Shown: piece after piece, positions 26,123 to 38,927 of the stretch
Layout: each line of letters starts with the position of its first letter
Position numbering within the stretch: position 1 is the first letter of the stretch
NCBI RefSeq assembly: GCF_006345805.1
Contig: NC_042998.1
Location: 47,430,001-47,494,000 of the forward strand
Direction of reading: 5' to 3'
Length of the DNA stretch: 64,000 nucleotides
Source of the DNA: Octopus sinensis
Lineage: Eukaryota
Translations under genes and position numbers: made by a program
The notes under the pieces: generated by a model
What the model was told of the DNA's origin: nothing
The model's input: only the letters and a program-made list of their open reading frames with translations
Databases searched by the model: none

Positions 26123-26902
26123 TAAGGCGGCAAGGGGACAGAATCGTTTGCACGCCAGAAAAAAATGCTTAACAGTATTTTGTCTGTCTTTACGTTCTAA
26201 GTTCTAATTCCGCAAAGGGCGGCTTTGCATTTTATCCTTTTGTGGTCGATAAAAATGTACTGTGGTCGTTGTAACTGCCAACCTTCCCCACAATTTCAAG
26301 GGTTGCTCCCCTAGTAGAAAGAATTTTAGTACCAAAGAAAAAGCATAAATAAAAAAGAATCTACCCTCAACACAGATACGTGTGATTAAATTCTGCAATG
26401 ATACAAGCCCGCCTAAATATGCAGTTTTATTTAATTCCCGTTATATTGCTTCTCATTTATGCACTGATAACAAATTTTATAGGGTAGGGGGAAAAGTCGA
26501 TCACTGCTTCATTATACATTTTTTTCATGGATTAGGGCGGTGAACTGGGAGAATTGTTGACACGCCGAACAAAATGCTGAGTAGCATTTCGTCCGTCTTT
26601 ACATTTTGAGTTCAAATTCTAAAGAAGTTCAAATTCCGTCAACTCTGCCTGTCATCCTCACGGGATAGGTAAAGGGAAGTAGCAGTCGAGCACTGGAGTC
26701 TATGTAACCGACAAAGCCATCGCTCCGTAAAATCACTTGCCTTGAACGAAAATTAGAAATCATTAATTATTTCATAGATTCTGAAAATTGAAAGACAATG
26801 TAGATACTAGCAAAATTCGAATTCAGAACGCCAGGAAATATTAACTAAAATACCACAAGACATTTCCCGACATTCAACTGATTCGGCTTATTCGCCGCCT
26901 TT
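26123..26902. mobile_element. Three old, diverged SINE family B copies (26123-26325 +, 26533-26760 +, 26770-26902 -)
   Basis: Recognisable heads (aaggcggcaagggg, agggcggtgaactggg, ttcgccgcctt) and bodies. Confidence 0.7.
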
Positions 26903-28377
26903 ATTTCTCTAAATATTGGAACCATTATGACACTTAAGGGGAAACGAACTGAAATTTCAGAAACAAACAGCAAAACAAAACAAGAATGAAAATTGTTTGT
27001 AAAAAAAAAAATGGAGTCTAGACATAGATATCATAAGACTATGAAATGTGTAAATTCTGTTAGTTTAATGAACAGCTTTTTCTCGAGGGATGCTAAAGCT
27101 GTAAAAAAATGGAAAACCGTAAAGTACAAAGATTTTCTGAAGAAATAAATCTCCTAAAATTTGTGACATTTTTAACGCACAGGAACAAACACATGTATAC
27201 ACACGTACGTACATATACTTGTATGTATGTGTGTTTGCATGCATGTATGCACGCACACACGAGCGAAATACTCGTAATGTACATATAATCGCAGACACAC
27301 ATATGTACTCATACCAGAACACACACATACTCTTAAATGCTTTTCAATCTTGTGGCTCCAGTGAACTTGAGTAGAAATGCATGTTAAAAATGTCACAGTT
27401 GGAGAGACGATTCCGTAATAGTAAAAGCAACACCAACCGTAGGCTCGGCAGCAGAGGAAGCGCAACAGCAAAACTAGTATTAGCATTATTATTATTAGCA
27501 GCAGCAATAGCATTCAGAACAGTTGGATTGCAGGCTGATACAAGTGATGTTACGGCAGTGTATTGGCAGCTTACCTTTCTATATTCCGACTCTTTACATG
27601 CTGAGGTCAAATCTCACCAAAGTCAATTTTGCTTTTAATCCTTCCAGAGTTGGTTGGTACTTTATTTAAAGTACCAATCGAATATTGGAATTGAAGTCAT
27701 AGACTGTCCCCTCCCACATCAATTTCTGGTCTTGCGACTGTGTAAGAATTTATCATTTGTTACTAATGTTGTTTCGATGAGACACATACTAATTTTATAC
27801 GAGATACACGATGGTGTAGTAATGATCCCATTTTTCCAACGCTTCTTCGCTTATTCATGGAGAGAAATTGCCTTGTTTCCACCACAGGCACAGTGCAATG
27901 TAGGCGGGAGGCTTTGGCCGCTTGTTACGCATGCTGTATATCCACACAACTATATGCAGTTCTTTTACTTAATTATGCCTTCTCAGTTCCTGTTGTGGTC
28001 GCGGTAGGGGCTGCCCTGACATGCTGCGAATTTTAGTCACTTTTAAACATCTAGTAGACCCCAACCTCTTTCCAGATAATCAACAATACACTATCATTAA
28101 AGAAAAAAAAAGAGAAACCGGTTTTATCTCACAAGTATTTTTAAGATTTCATAAAATAGATTAACATCAAACGTATCTAATTCACGCGAGTCATCGTGTA
28201 TTAGTGAAAGCAGAACCAACAATATACGATCGCGCTGACCAACAGAAAATAAATAGCTTAGATTTTTAAAAAAACGAGAAAAGTTATCCGTAAGCATTTG
28301 AATTCATAAAATATATATTTACAGAAAAATAATTTAACTAAATAGCTTATTTATGAATTCAATTTTAAACGGATATA

Positions 28378-28780
28378 AGGCGGCGAACTGGCAGAATCGC
28401 TAGAACGTCAGGCGAAATGCTTAGAAGTATTTCGTCTGCCGTTCCGTTCTGAGTTCAAATTCCGCCGAGGTCGACTTTGCCTTTCATCGTTTCGGGGGTC
28501 GATTAAATAAGTATCAGTTACTCACTGGGGTCGATATAATCGACTTAATCCGTTTGTCTATCCTTGTTTGTCCCCTCTGTGTTTAGCCCCTTGTGGGTAG
28601 TAAAGAAATAGATATTTCGTCAGCCGCTACGTTTTGAGTTCAAATTCTGCTGAGGTCGTCTTTGCTTTTCATCCTTTCAGGGTCGATGACATAAGTATCA
28701 GTTACTCATTGGGGTCGATGTAATCGACTAGCCCTTTCTCCAAAAACTTTCAAGGCCTTGTGCTTAGAGTAGAAAAAAAA
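28378..28780 (+). mobile_element. SINE family B dimer
   Basis: Same organisation as 7439-7841; tttaaacgg occurs on both flanks. Confidence 0.9.
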
Positions 28781-29634
28781 TTTAAACGGGTAATTATAAG
28801 GGGAAAGGGAATATAACTATTGTTGTTTTTGTTTACTTCTTGGTTTCCCTGATCAAACATGCACATCTGTTTGTATATCCAAAACCACATTGCCCAGGAT
28901 GTCTTTCTTGCAATTTGTGTGATATTCAGGAGCTATTTAATGGTGATGAAATAACTGCTTAGAGAGTATTTCGTGTTTATTGTTGTTGGTTCTGTGAATT
29001 GTAGGTTTGTTCAGTCAGTTTTTATTGTTATTTATTTTTGAGCAGATCTCTGAAACGAATGTAAATGAAATGTTTCATCAGTATTTTAAGTTGAGATCAT
29101 CACACCGTTTACAATTATTATATAACGTTAAGATTTAGGGTTCGGATTAGGGTTACAGCAATGTTATATTTCTTTCTCTTTTTCTTCCTCTCTCTCCCCT
29201 TCCTTCTCTGTATGCATACGCAATTTCATTACTGACTGAATATGACTTAGTAGCATGTACTAGCTTTGTGCTAATTGTGTCTATGTAGTCGCGAGGAAAT
29301 ATAGAAGCTCTTTGGCATTCCCACTTGTTGTCTCAGCAAAACACCTATGATATGACAGCTGGAGGCAGAGGCTGCTGTACCAACACCAGAGCAACGTGAA
29401 ATGAGATATCGTGCCCCACAACATATGGTGGCATACGATACAAAATTTGAACGCTCAAGTGTTTAAACTCTATGCCATGCGCTTTCACGCACATGCGTGA
29501 ACACAAAAACACAAACACGCACACATACACACACGCACACACACACAGTACACACATTACATATGTGTGAGTTTCTGATTGCGTTTATTATATATGAATA
29601 TGTAAACACACACACACACACACACAGGCATACC

Positions 29635-29866
29635 TATTTCTTTACTGCCCACAAGGGGCTAAACACAGAGAGGACAAACAAGGACAGACAAACGGATTAA
29701 GTCGATTTTATCGACCCCAGTGCGTAACTGGTACTTATTTAATCGACCCCGAAAGGATGAAAGGCAAAGTCGACCTCGGCGGAATTTAAACTCAGAACGT
29801 AGCGGCGGACGAAATACCCCGAAGCATTTCGCCCGGCGTGCTAACGTTTCTGCCAGGTCGCTGCCG
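29635..29866 (-). mobile_element. SINE family B monomer
   Basis: Reverse complement of 4597-4828. Confidence 0.9.
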
Positions 29867-30137
29867 TAACACACACATACATACCGCCATGATGTCAGCA
29901 TTTTAATACCCGGCATGAATCATCATGACACAGGTAACTATTTTCCACTATTCAAATGGCTTCAATCCTCCATGTCAACGGATTTTTTCTCAACTACAAC
30001 TTTAATCTTTATGCTCGCCAACGCCAATAACTGTTCATGAATACATCGAGCGGTTCCGGAGAAGTGGAGATATCAAAATCTTCAAATTTAGCGCGTACAT
30101 CCTCTATACGTGTGCATTTATTATGTATAAATATAAC

Positions 30138-30350
30138 GCGACAAGCTGGCAGAATCATTAGCACGCCAGGAAAAATGCTTAGCAGCATTTCGTCCGTCTT
30201 TACGATCTGAGTTCAAATGCTGCCGAGGTCGACTTTGCCTTACATCATTCCGGGGTCGATGAAAAAATATACCAGTTAAGCAATGAGGTCGATGTAACTG
30301 ACTATCTCCCTCCCCCAAATTTCAGGCCTTGTGATTATAGTAGAAAGGAT
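30138..30350 (+). mobile_element. SINE family B older monomer
   Basis: Head, body and ccccaaatttcaggccttgtg tail. Confidence 0.8.
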
Positions 30351-30737
30351 TGTATATAAATATGAAAATGCAAACACACCATATACGCATGCGTATTTAA
30401 TGAGACACACTTCTCAACGTCTTAATAAAATGCATCTGATCACATGGCAGATCTAAATCTAGAATCTTAGTGAAGAAAGAAGGATGTTTATAGTGAGAAA
30501 ATACTTGCATCTATATACATTACTTCGTTCTAACTGATCCTAACTTTTCATGGCGAAAACTAAAGGTCTCCCGCGGTTTCAGATATATGTCATTGCAATG
30601 AAGTAATGCCGTCCCTTATCGAATCTAAACGGCCTGGAGACGCATCTATCATGTGTCAAAAGAAATGTTTGGAAACAATTTATGCTATCAAAGATCTTAT
30701 TTCTAGGAACGTAAATTATCTTTCCATTCATCATCGC

Positions 30738-30739
<2 letters not shown>

Positions 30740-30788
<49 letters not shown>

Positions 30789-30805
30789 TATCACAGTCAT
30801 CATCA
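30740..30805. repeat. (CAT)n microsatellite; (CTT)n/(TTA)n tracts nearby at 31030-31138
   Basis: Seen directly in the sequence. Confidence 0.95.
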
Positions 30806-31099
30806 GCAACAGCAGCCTAATTATTATCATAATCAACATGGCACTACCAAGTTCTACTAACGCTACTTCTACTGATGCGATGGTGGTGGTGGTGGCTACA
30901 GTATACTACCGTCATTGAGGTTATTTTTTCGGGGTGAGGTCAATAAAATAAGGATTATTTGACCACTAGGGTCATGTAATTGACTGCCCCCGAAATTGTT
31001 GGCCTTGTGCCAAATTTTGAAATCATCATCATTCTTCTTTTCTTCTTCTTCTTCTTCATCTTCTTCTTCTTTTTCTTCTTCTTCTAATTATTATTATTA

Positions 31100-31141
<42 letters not shown>

Positions 31142-31179
31142 CTGCTATAAAAAACTAAATTGATTTCAACAACAGAGAA

Positions 31180-31447
31180 AAAAAAAACGTTGAAAGTACC
31201 AACTAGAGAATTCATTACCTTCGTAAGCTCAAGACAGCAGATCCATATCAAAGAGAACAACAAACTTCCTGTAAGCGATGACAATTGGAACGGCTATTAG
31301 GAGGTGACTGCAGATTTGCCAGGGTGTCAAGGACTCTTTCCCATCCCAGTTACGAAAGAACCAGACATTTTAATGTTCTTTGAAAGAAAGAAAGTTGTGA
31401 ATCTAGTCGAGTTAACGATTCCTTATCGAGATAACATGGACACCGCA
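31180..31447 (+). mobile_element. Restriction-like endonuclease fragment of an R2-group (Hero-like) non-LTR element
   Basis: VTADLPGCQGLFPIPVTKEPDILMFFERKKVVNLVELTIPYRDNMDTA matches the PD...ELTxP motif of RLE domains. Confidence 0.7.
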
Positions 31448-31449
31448 TT

Positions 31450-33110
31450 CTTCCTATTTAATAGTCACATTTCTTGTGAATACCATCACTGCACTAACGA
31501 GCTCAGATCTGTACACCTAAGTCATTTGAAATGTTCTGTATATTTATTGCGCTTTGAAACTACTCCGCGAAATATGTATGATGTACCTTGCAGTGCTGTG
31601 TTTTCTAAATTCTTAATAAGCTAGCTTCCTTGAGCTGAGAAATTTGTCTTGACGCATTTTTACAAGCTTAATCTAAAACTAACTCCTCTAGTAAATCAGT
31701 GTACTAGCTGTAGCAGTGTTTCTAGTTATTTATCATCTAAAGCATACAACTTAATGTCATCCATATACAAACATTTTTCCCTTATTTTTTCTTATGTTAT
31801 ATTTTTAGGATATGCACCTCTGGGTTTGCAGTTGTGTCTTTTTGTTATTGATATCACATACGTTTGAGAGATATTTTCAACTATTACCAACATTGCTAAA
31901 GGCGGTGCTCCAGCATGGCCGCAGTCAAATGATTGAAGCAAGTAAAATAAAATTGCTCTGTACATTTCTTTTCATATTGATTTTGTTTTAATATACTTAC
32001 ATGGGAAGATCTGAACAAATTCTCCGTTTCCTTTGTAACTAGAGTTGTTTGATAAATAATTTCGTATTTGTTAATTTTTTAAGCTTTCTTTTGTAGTGGC
32101 TATTTCATCGTTCAGTTTCCTCATTGCAATATACTTTCACCGATCCATATGAAGAATGGTTATTTTTAATTACTAATTCCACCTTCATATTTTCTTGTGC
32201 ATGACTTAGACCTTTAGAGTTTCCTATTTCTAACACTTCCTTATATTGCCTTTTAGTTATAGATTAGTTTGTGTTTTAGTTCGGATTTTGTTGCTCAGTA
32301 TTATGTGTTACAGTGTGTGATTATGTTATGATTTGTTATTCTACTCGTTTTGTAAGATCTATTTTCATAACTTATAATCGCAATATTATTATTTTTGTTG
32401 ACTGTTTCGTCTTCGTTACGTATCTTTTTAAGAGATTTAACTTGAATGTTGAATATTCTTTTCATTTTATATTTTCTTTGAGAATATGAGTTAACTCAGC
32501 TCTTTTCTTGGCACCTAAATTTATGTTTAGTCCAGCGCTTTTCTTTCAACAAATTTTGTGTTATAAAATCGTCGTATTTTCTAGTTTTCTTTTCCCTTCT
32601 TTTATTTGACAGAACTGAGGAATGATGTTCGCCCCTTTATTTAGATTGTTATCATATTTTTGCGTAGATTTTTATTGTTTATATTTCTTTCTGGTGATAT
32701 TGTGTTTTGCGTACATTATTGTTATGCCCCTGATTCAAAATAGCCAGCTTTCTATCAATCTTAAGCTGAATGACACGGTTCATATTTGCATTGCATGCGA
32801 TTTCTTTTTATTGGTCTCATATTGATTTGAGGAACTCCGATAGTTCTCTTTTGTTGGGAGTTTTTTTTTTTTTACATGTAGATCGGGCAAAATATTTGTA
32901 ATACCTTGATATCTTAATTACATCGGATAACGAAAAACAACTTTTATAAGAATTGCGGAGATACCTTTCTAAATATCCTTCCTCGATTTGGTTCTTTTGT
33001 ACACGAATTCTTCCGAGAGTAATGCAAAAGTGAGCGTAATTTTTTTATTCAATGAAACACGTCGTTCAGATTGCCAGAGAATGTCTTCTTAGTTACTCTT
33101 CTTTCTGATG
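31450..33110 (-). mobile_element. Highly decayed, internally deleted R4/Dong-like non-LTR element
   Basis: The minus strand near 31742-31775 reads LYMDDIKLYA, and near 31560-31620 reads LENTALQGTSYIFRGVV (C-terminal motif). The upstream limit is uncertain. A SINE A tail is inserted at 31897-31948. Confidence 0.65.
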
Positions 33111-33160
33111 AACAATATCGAGACGTAGGACAGCTTATGTCCCTGCATCTTTAAATATTT

Positions 33161-33224
<64 letters not shown>

Positions 33225-33834
33225 GTCTACGTTTATTTGAATAATTGTGTTTTTCATTTGTTTCTCAGTATATAAAATAATCGTTTTGTTAAAAGAAAGA
33301 AAGCATGCCAAGGTCTTCTGCTTGTATCTATGTATTTATATATTCATATATAGCCATAGTGAATCATATTTAGTACATTTACATAGGGGAGGCAATGTAA
33401 CTGCGGTATTCGTTCGAGGTTACTATCTCTTATTGATGCCTTGTATTTGAAAATACAAAGGCAGCAGCAGACGAAAATCATCGTCTACTAGAAGCGGTGA
33501 TATTGCCAGAGGTGCATTTCTGCTTCGTAGGGATTTGTCTGCAGGATGTACCCACTGACAGCCGCATGCTAAGACAATGTCTGTCACTAGTGATATAGTG
33601 ATATAGTGATAATGACTTGAAAACTCGCTGATTCTGCGATCAATCGCTTGACTGAATAAAGATTACTTATATGCAGCAGAAATGCGATTCTCTCAATACG
33701 AATTTGTCGATCTGCTATACTACGATACATCAACATCACTGGTTTTAAGCGACCTAAATATATACACACTTCTCCCACATAGACGCATTTACACCCAGAT
33801 TTAAATACACACACACACCCACACACACACACAC

Positions 33835-33919
<85 letters not shown>

Positions 33920-33924
<5 letters not shown>

Positions 33925-34114
33925 AGTCGCCATGATAAATCGTTAGCCACTTCACACATTTTTTCTCTCCTTGTTTTTTCTGTGTCCCTTTCTGTAAAAG
34001 AGCGTAGGCTCGAAACGTAAAAGACATTTTCTATTCCTGAGCGTTATACTAATGTATCTGTTTGTTTTGTACACCACCTGTCTTCGTCTTTTGCTTTTTT
34101 CGTAAACTCTCCCT

Positions 34115-34115
<1 letters not shown>
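33920..34115 (+). mobile_element. Penelope-like pseudo-LTR within (TA)n; hammerhead-like motif at 33988-34023
   Basis: Related to the reverse complement of 8995-9160. Motif: cttt CTGTAAA a gagc gtag gctc GAAA cg TA aaag. Confidence 0.75.
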
Positions 34116-34158
<43 letters not shown>

Positions 34159-35599
34159 TGCCTACCAAACTTTACACAAGGCATTTGTCAACTTGCTGTT
34201 ATTGAAGACTCTTGCAGAAGCAGCTACACAGTGGTCCGAACCAAGAAGTACATGGTTAAGAAGTGATTGTTATAACCAGACAGACATACTTGCTCCTGTA
34301 TAATTGAAGTTATTTTATCTTTCTTTTAAAAACCACAGCTCAGTAGGACAGCCACTACGATATCACATTTCGTCCAGCATGACTGGGTTCTAGTCTTACC
34401 ACCTAAAGTGTTCTCTTATGTACAAATAATAATGAAATACGCCAATTAAGATTAGTCAAAGTGTTACCAATGAACATGTAGCCTAGCAGGCTAATGTTAT
34501 AGATAATGTATTCGATTTCGCTCCATACTTAAGATTATTTCTTGATGTAGCACGTCTCAAGCAAGTCGAAGAGGTGACAAGATCATGCACTTCAGAGAAG
34601 TTTCCCAAGAATGCAACTTCCATGCTACCAAACGTGGTCTTTTGCACTGTGTGAGGAATCAAATATCTCAAATGAGATACAATTTCTAACGAACATTGTA
34701 TACCTGCATGATTCTCTGCTAACTTCCAGTCATTCTACAGTTAAAGTAAACGTGGGATTTTCACGACTAATGCTTGAACGTTTAAATACGTGTATAATGC
34801 AGTTATTGAATTCTTCCCATAATTTCGTTGAAAATAGCATGCAGAAAGTATATAGTACTATGTGCCTTGATTTATAACGATTTTTAAAACAAATATGCAT
34901 AAATCTTTTGCGAGAATGAGAAAAAGAATTGAATCGACCATGAACATTGTATCGAACCTCAAACCTGGAGCATTGGAATACAATGAAGACTCTGTTGTTG
35001 TTTACACTCAGAATATAGAAGTGTTTAACTAAGCACTAGGGGATGTTCTTGTGGTTTTGCAACACAATCGTCTTTGTCTTGGCTAATTGCACTACTAGAG
35101 GGCCATCATCTCTCCAATAGTATTATTTTCGAGGATTTTCGATGCACAATGAATCACTCTTTAAATATACAATGCTTCGATTGTTCAGGCTGGTTATCTC
35201 TGGTGATCCAAGGTATCAAATGAATGTAATGGGCTTGTGAAATTCAAGTAGAGTGTAACTTAAGTTTTCCGTAAATATTTACCACTTCTTTTATGTATTA
35301 TACAGAATTCTATTGTTGTATTTTCCGATGGACGATGGACCTCTTGTATATTTTACACACATGCGCCTGCACGGCCACTCATTCGCACGAACGCACTTGC
35401 GTATGATATTTACCGGTTTTAGTCCTTTGCCATGCTACTGTTATGTTGGAACGACGTCATCAATTGTGTACTAGCTCGTATCAACTCCATGACTTACCAT
35501 TGGTACTGATCTTGTCTATTCCAGGAAAATGTAAACCAAAAGGTCGAATATACATACATAACATACATTATATACATATACACACACACACACACACAC

Positions 35600-35630
<31 letters not shown>

Positions 35631-36332
35631 TATATATATGTATACACATACATATGTATTGTGATGAGCTGACGCTTGCGATCTTTCAAACGATTACGTT
35701 ATAAAACAGGATGATAGAAAGTAGAGAAAAATATTCTCAAACACATTGATATATGATTTGCTATTTGATTGGTTTCCGAAAACCCTTACCTTTTGCTTCA
35801 TACATGCATCAGGGATCTATTCTCTGCCTCCCGCATTATATATAACTCCATTTTTTCTCATATACGAAAAAGACACGATGATTTCCTAATCCCAGAGTCA
35901 TGTATAGCTCAGGGAAGCAGATTTTCTTGATGGAAATTTCACTCTTAGTAATGAAGTTTCAGTTTATTAACATATATTCTAACCATTTACCAACAATTCT
36001 TTAAAATAAATATTTATAAGCTCATATCAGGCTCATCTTCTAATTAGTAATCCGTAGAATAAGCTACTCATTAGTCCAAAGACGCATCAACAGGAAATTG
36101 TTCAAAAGTAGAAATCATTGCACACAAAACAGTCTTAAAATTCATTGCCATAATAATAAGAAATTAAATAGCCTTATAGTTTAAATGCTTGCTTTTATGT
36201 GAACATTTTACTATAGCTTTGAAATTAGTATTCTTCCCTATACCATAAAATTTTTAATAAAAATTATGATTGGTTATATCTACACCAAAACCTTCGCTGT
36301 ATCCATTAACGGTATATCTTAAAATAATAATA

Positions 36333-36582
36333 AATGCGCCCTTTTAAAGCCTAGCCAGGCTCATGGGCCCGGTTTCCTGGTTTCACTGGCGTATGTGTAC
36401 TCCAGCTGGACGGGACGCCAATCCATTGCAGCGTCACTCATTTTTGCTAGCTGAGTGGACTAGAGCAACGTGAAATGAAGTGTTTTGCTCAAGAACACAA
36501 CGCGTCGCCTGGTCCAGGAATCGAAACCACTATCTTACGATTATGATGCTGACACCCTAACCATTAAGCAACGAGTCTCCAC
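36333..36582 (-). mobile_element. SINE family C (tRNA-like head); fragments also at about 15200-15350 and 22560-22640
   Basis: Minus strand has an A-box-like ttgcttaatggtt, a B-box-like ggtttcgattcc, and body ttcttgagcaaaacacttcatttcacgttgctc. Confidence 0.75.
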
Positions 36583-36594
36583 AACGGTATATAT

Positions 36595-38927
36595 TAGTGG
36601 ATCCCAAACCTTTCTAGATTGCCCACGTCACACTCCTAACACTCCCCCTCCCCACTCACCAATACAAACACACATCTCATTATACAGCAAATCAAGATAA
36701 TTGTATTTCACAAATAAACCTTATCCTAATTAACACATTATCTTGTTGTATTTACAATATGAAAGACTAGATTTGCATCCCACCTGTAACTGCTTTGTTT
36801 TCATGTCTTCAATGTGATGGATCAACATTGTGCAGCGATATCAGCTTCTCGACATCTGGCTGAAAGGTACTAAGAAGTAGTCTTAGATCCCCACGTTCAA
36901 TAATGTTCAGTCTTTTTCTTTGCTCAGAAAGAATCTGGGCAACTGCACTGAAGCCCCGCTCAACAAAATATGATGCTGGAAAGGTAATAAAGTACATCCT
37001 GACTTCGTTCCATAGTGCAGGATAGCGGTTAGAAAGGTTCTTTTGCAATAAAAAATCTTGGCATGGATTTGTTAGAATTTTGACCACAGTTCAATATCAT
37101 TTTAAGTGAAACTAGTTCTTCCTCCATTATTCTTGCTTCCTCATTACTGATATCTAGGAATCACCCAGACTTGTATTTGAATCAAAAATGTATATCCTGA
37201 AATCTAGCAGACATGTCTCTGTGCAGCTCATCCAGGTGTGAACAATGGACTTGAATGTTATTTTTTGGTAAGCGCTTTTTATTCTCCAATTCAGAGAGGA
37301 TCAGAAACTGAAAGAACTAACGACGGCTTAAGTTAAATTTTATTAGCTGTAACTTGGACAGAACCATGGAGAGAGCTAGTTTTATTTTGATACGGTTTAA
37401 CCTCATTTCCTCGCAGTTGCAAATTAACTTCATTGAACTGTGTGAATGTATCTGCCATATAAGCAATGTTTCTTGGTACATCACAAAGAACAGTATAAGA
37501 GACTTGCAAGAATTAAACAACTGTTTTAAAAAGGGAATAGAAACTTTCAAACAGTTTCCCTTTGACAGACATCTAACATCGGTGTGTAACAGCAAACATT
37601 CAAGCATGTTATCATTCTCAGTACAGAGCTGTAGAAACGGTGGCGAATTGTGAGCATGTGCCATGATTTTATTTACTCCTGTTATAACAATGCTCATCAA
37701 TTTGTTAAGTTAATCACAGGTTATTTGCAACCAGATGTTGCCTGTGGATCATATAGTGCGTTGTAAATACGTTACGTATAACTTCAATAACCTGATGAAG
37801 CTGAAATGACAACCTACCATCGATTGTGTCTCATCCATTGCTTAAACACGAAATACTGACTCCTCTTTTGTATCTGCTACTAGTTGCGTTACAAATAATA
37901 GCTCTTGAACCAAACGTTAATCTTTGATGAAGCAAACATTGCTTGACAAAGCGGACTAATCAAACTGTAAGCTAAATTTGATGCATGATGGCTTTTTCCA
38001 AAACTTTTCAGTAAGAAGTGTTTCAAGATGGGAAATACTACATGACGAAAGAAATGTAAGAAAAAGACGTGGAAACTTGTGTTCCGGATGTACGATGAGG
38101 GGATAGGTAGACGTTTAAAAAATGCATGGATTAAAAAGTTTTAAAGAAAGTCCTCCTGCGAGTGTGGAATGTAGAAAAATACTGAAAAAAAGAAGAGAAA
38201 TTCCTATTTATGTAAGACAGCTATGAACGTCTTACAAAGATAAATGTCTTTTTTTTATACAAAATTTTGAAATAAATGCGGAAAACACCAAAAGACAAAC
38301 TCAATCGGTGAACTCCGGTTCGAAGTCTACTACAATAACGTGTACTCCACCAATTCTTAAAAAAAAAATGTTATAGTAATTTATATTTAAAATAGCTGCT
38401 ATTTCAATAAATGTCGAGTCTGTTGAGTCAAGCCTCTGTTTTAGAACAATGTACGAAAATAAATTCTGACTAATATTATATTCATAAATTGCGTAAAAAT
38501 AATTGCAGTTCTTTACTTAGAACAAAACACCAAATAATGAGAGATATGAAGAATTTCTCATCTTTACCCTAAATTTTAGGACTAAAACTATATACTCAAG
38601 ATAATATCCGTGCCAAATGCATTAAACTCAAAATTGTAGTTATTTGAAAAAGATATTATTTGTTCAGTAATCAATCTTTCTCCCTCCCTCTCTCTCTATG
38701 TATATAGCTTTTATCTTTTACTTGTTTCAATCGGTTAACTGCGGCCATGCTGGGGCACTACCTCGAAAGGTGTTTAGTCGAACAAATCGAACCCAGAACT
38801 TTTTAAAATCTTGGTATATATGCTGTATATATCCCTTTTGCCCCAATTCAACGCCGCCCTGTATCGCTCCATCACCCAGGTATATGTGTGTGGGGGGTGG
38901 CAATACCGTTCACTTTGAGAACCACTA
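36595..38927 (-). mobile_element. Decayed hAT transposon (Buster/Charlie, SCAND3/ZBED5-like transposase)
   Basis: Peptides LLLHTDVRCLSKGNCL and FPASYFVERGFSAV...RGDLRLLLS...HNVDPSH. TIRs tagtggatcccaaa / tttgagaaccacta. Flanks gtatatat / gtatacac match 6 of 8 with a central TA. Confidence 0.85.

Noticed and set aside
30606-30860. His/Gln-rich 84-aa ORF as a transcription-factor exon
   Set aside because: Explained by a (CAT)n microsatellite; no recognisable domain or splice support.
35040-35340. Possible RTE-like RT remnant (minus-strand YLGS-like patch)
   Set aside because: Matches are too short and their order is inconsistent; not supportable without a search.
37792-37812. CTGATGA...GAAA match (similar chance match at about 19631)
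   Set aside because: Lies inside transposase or LINE coding remnants and lacks the stems.
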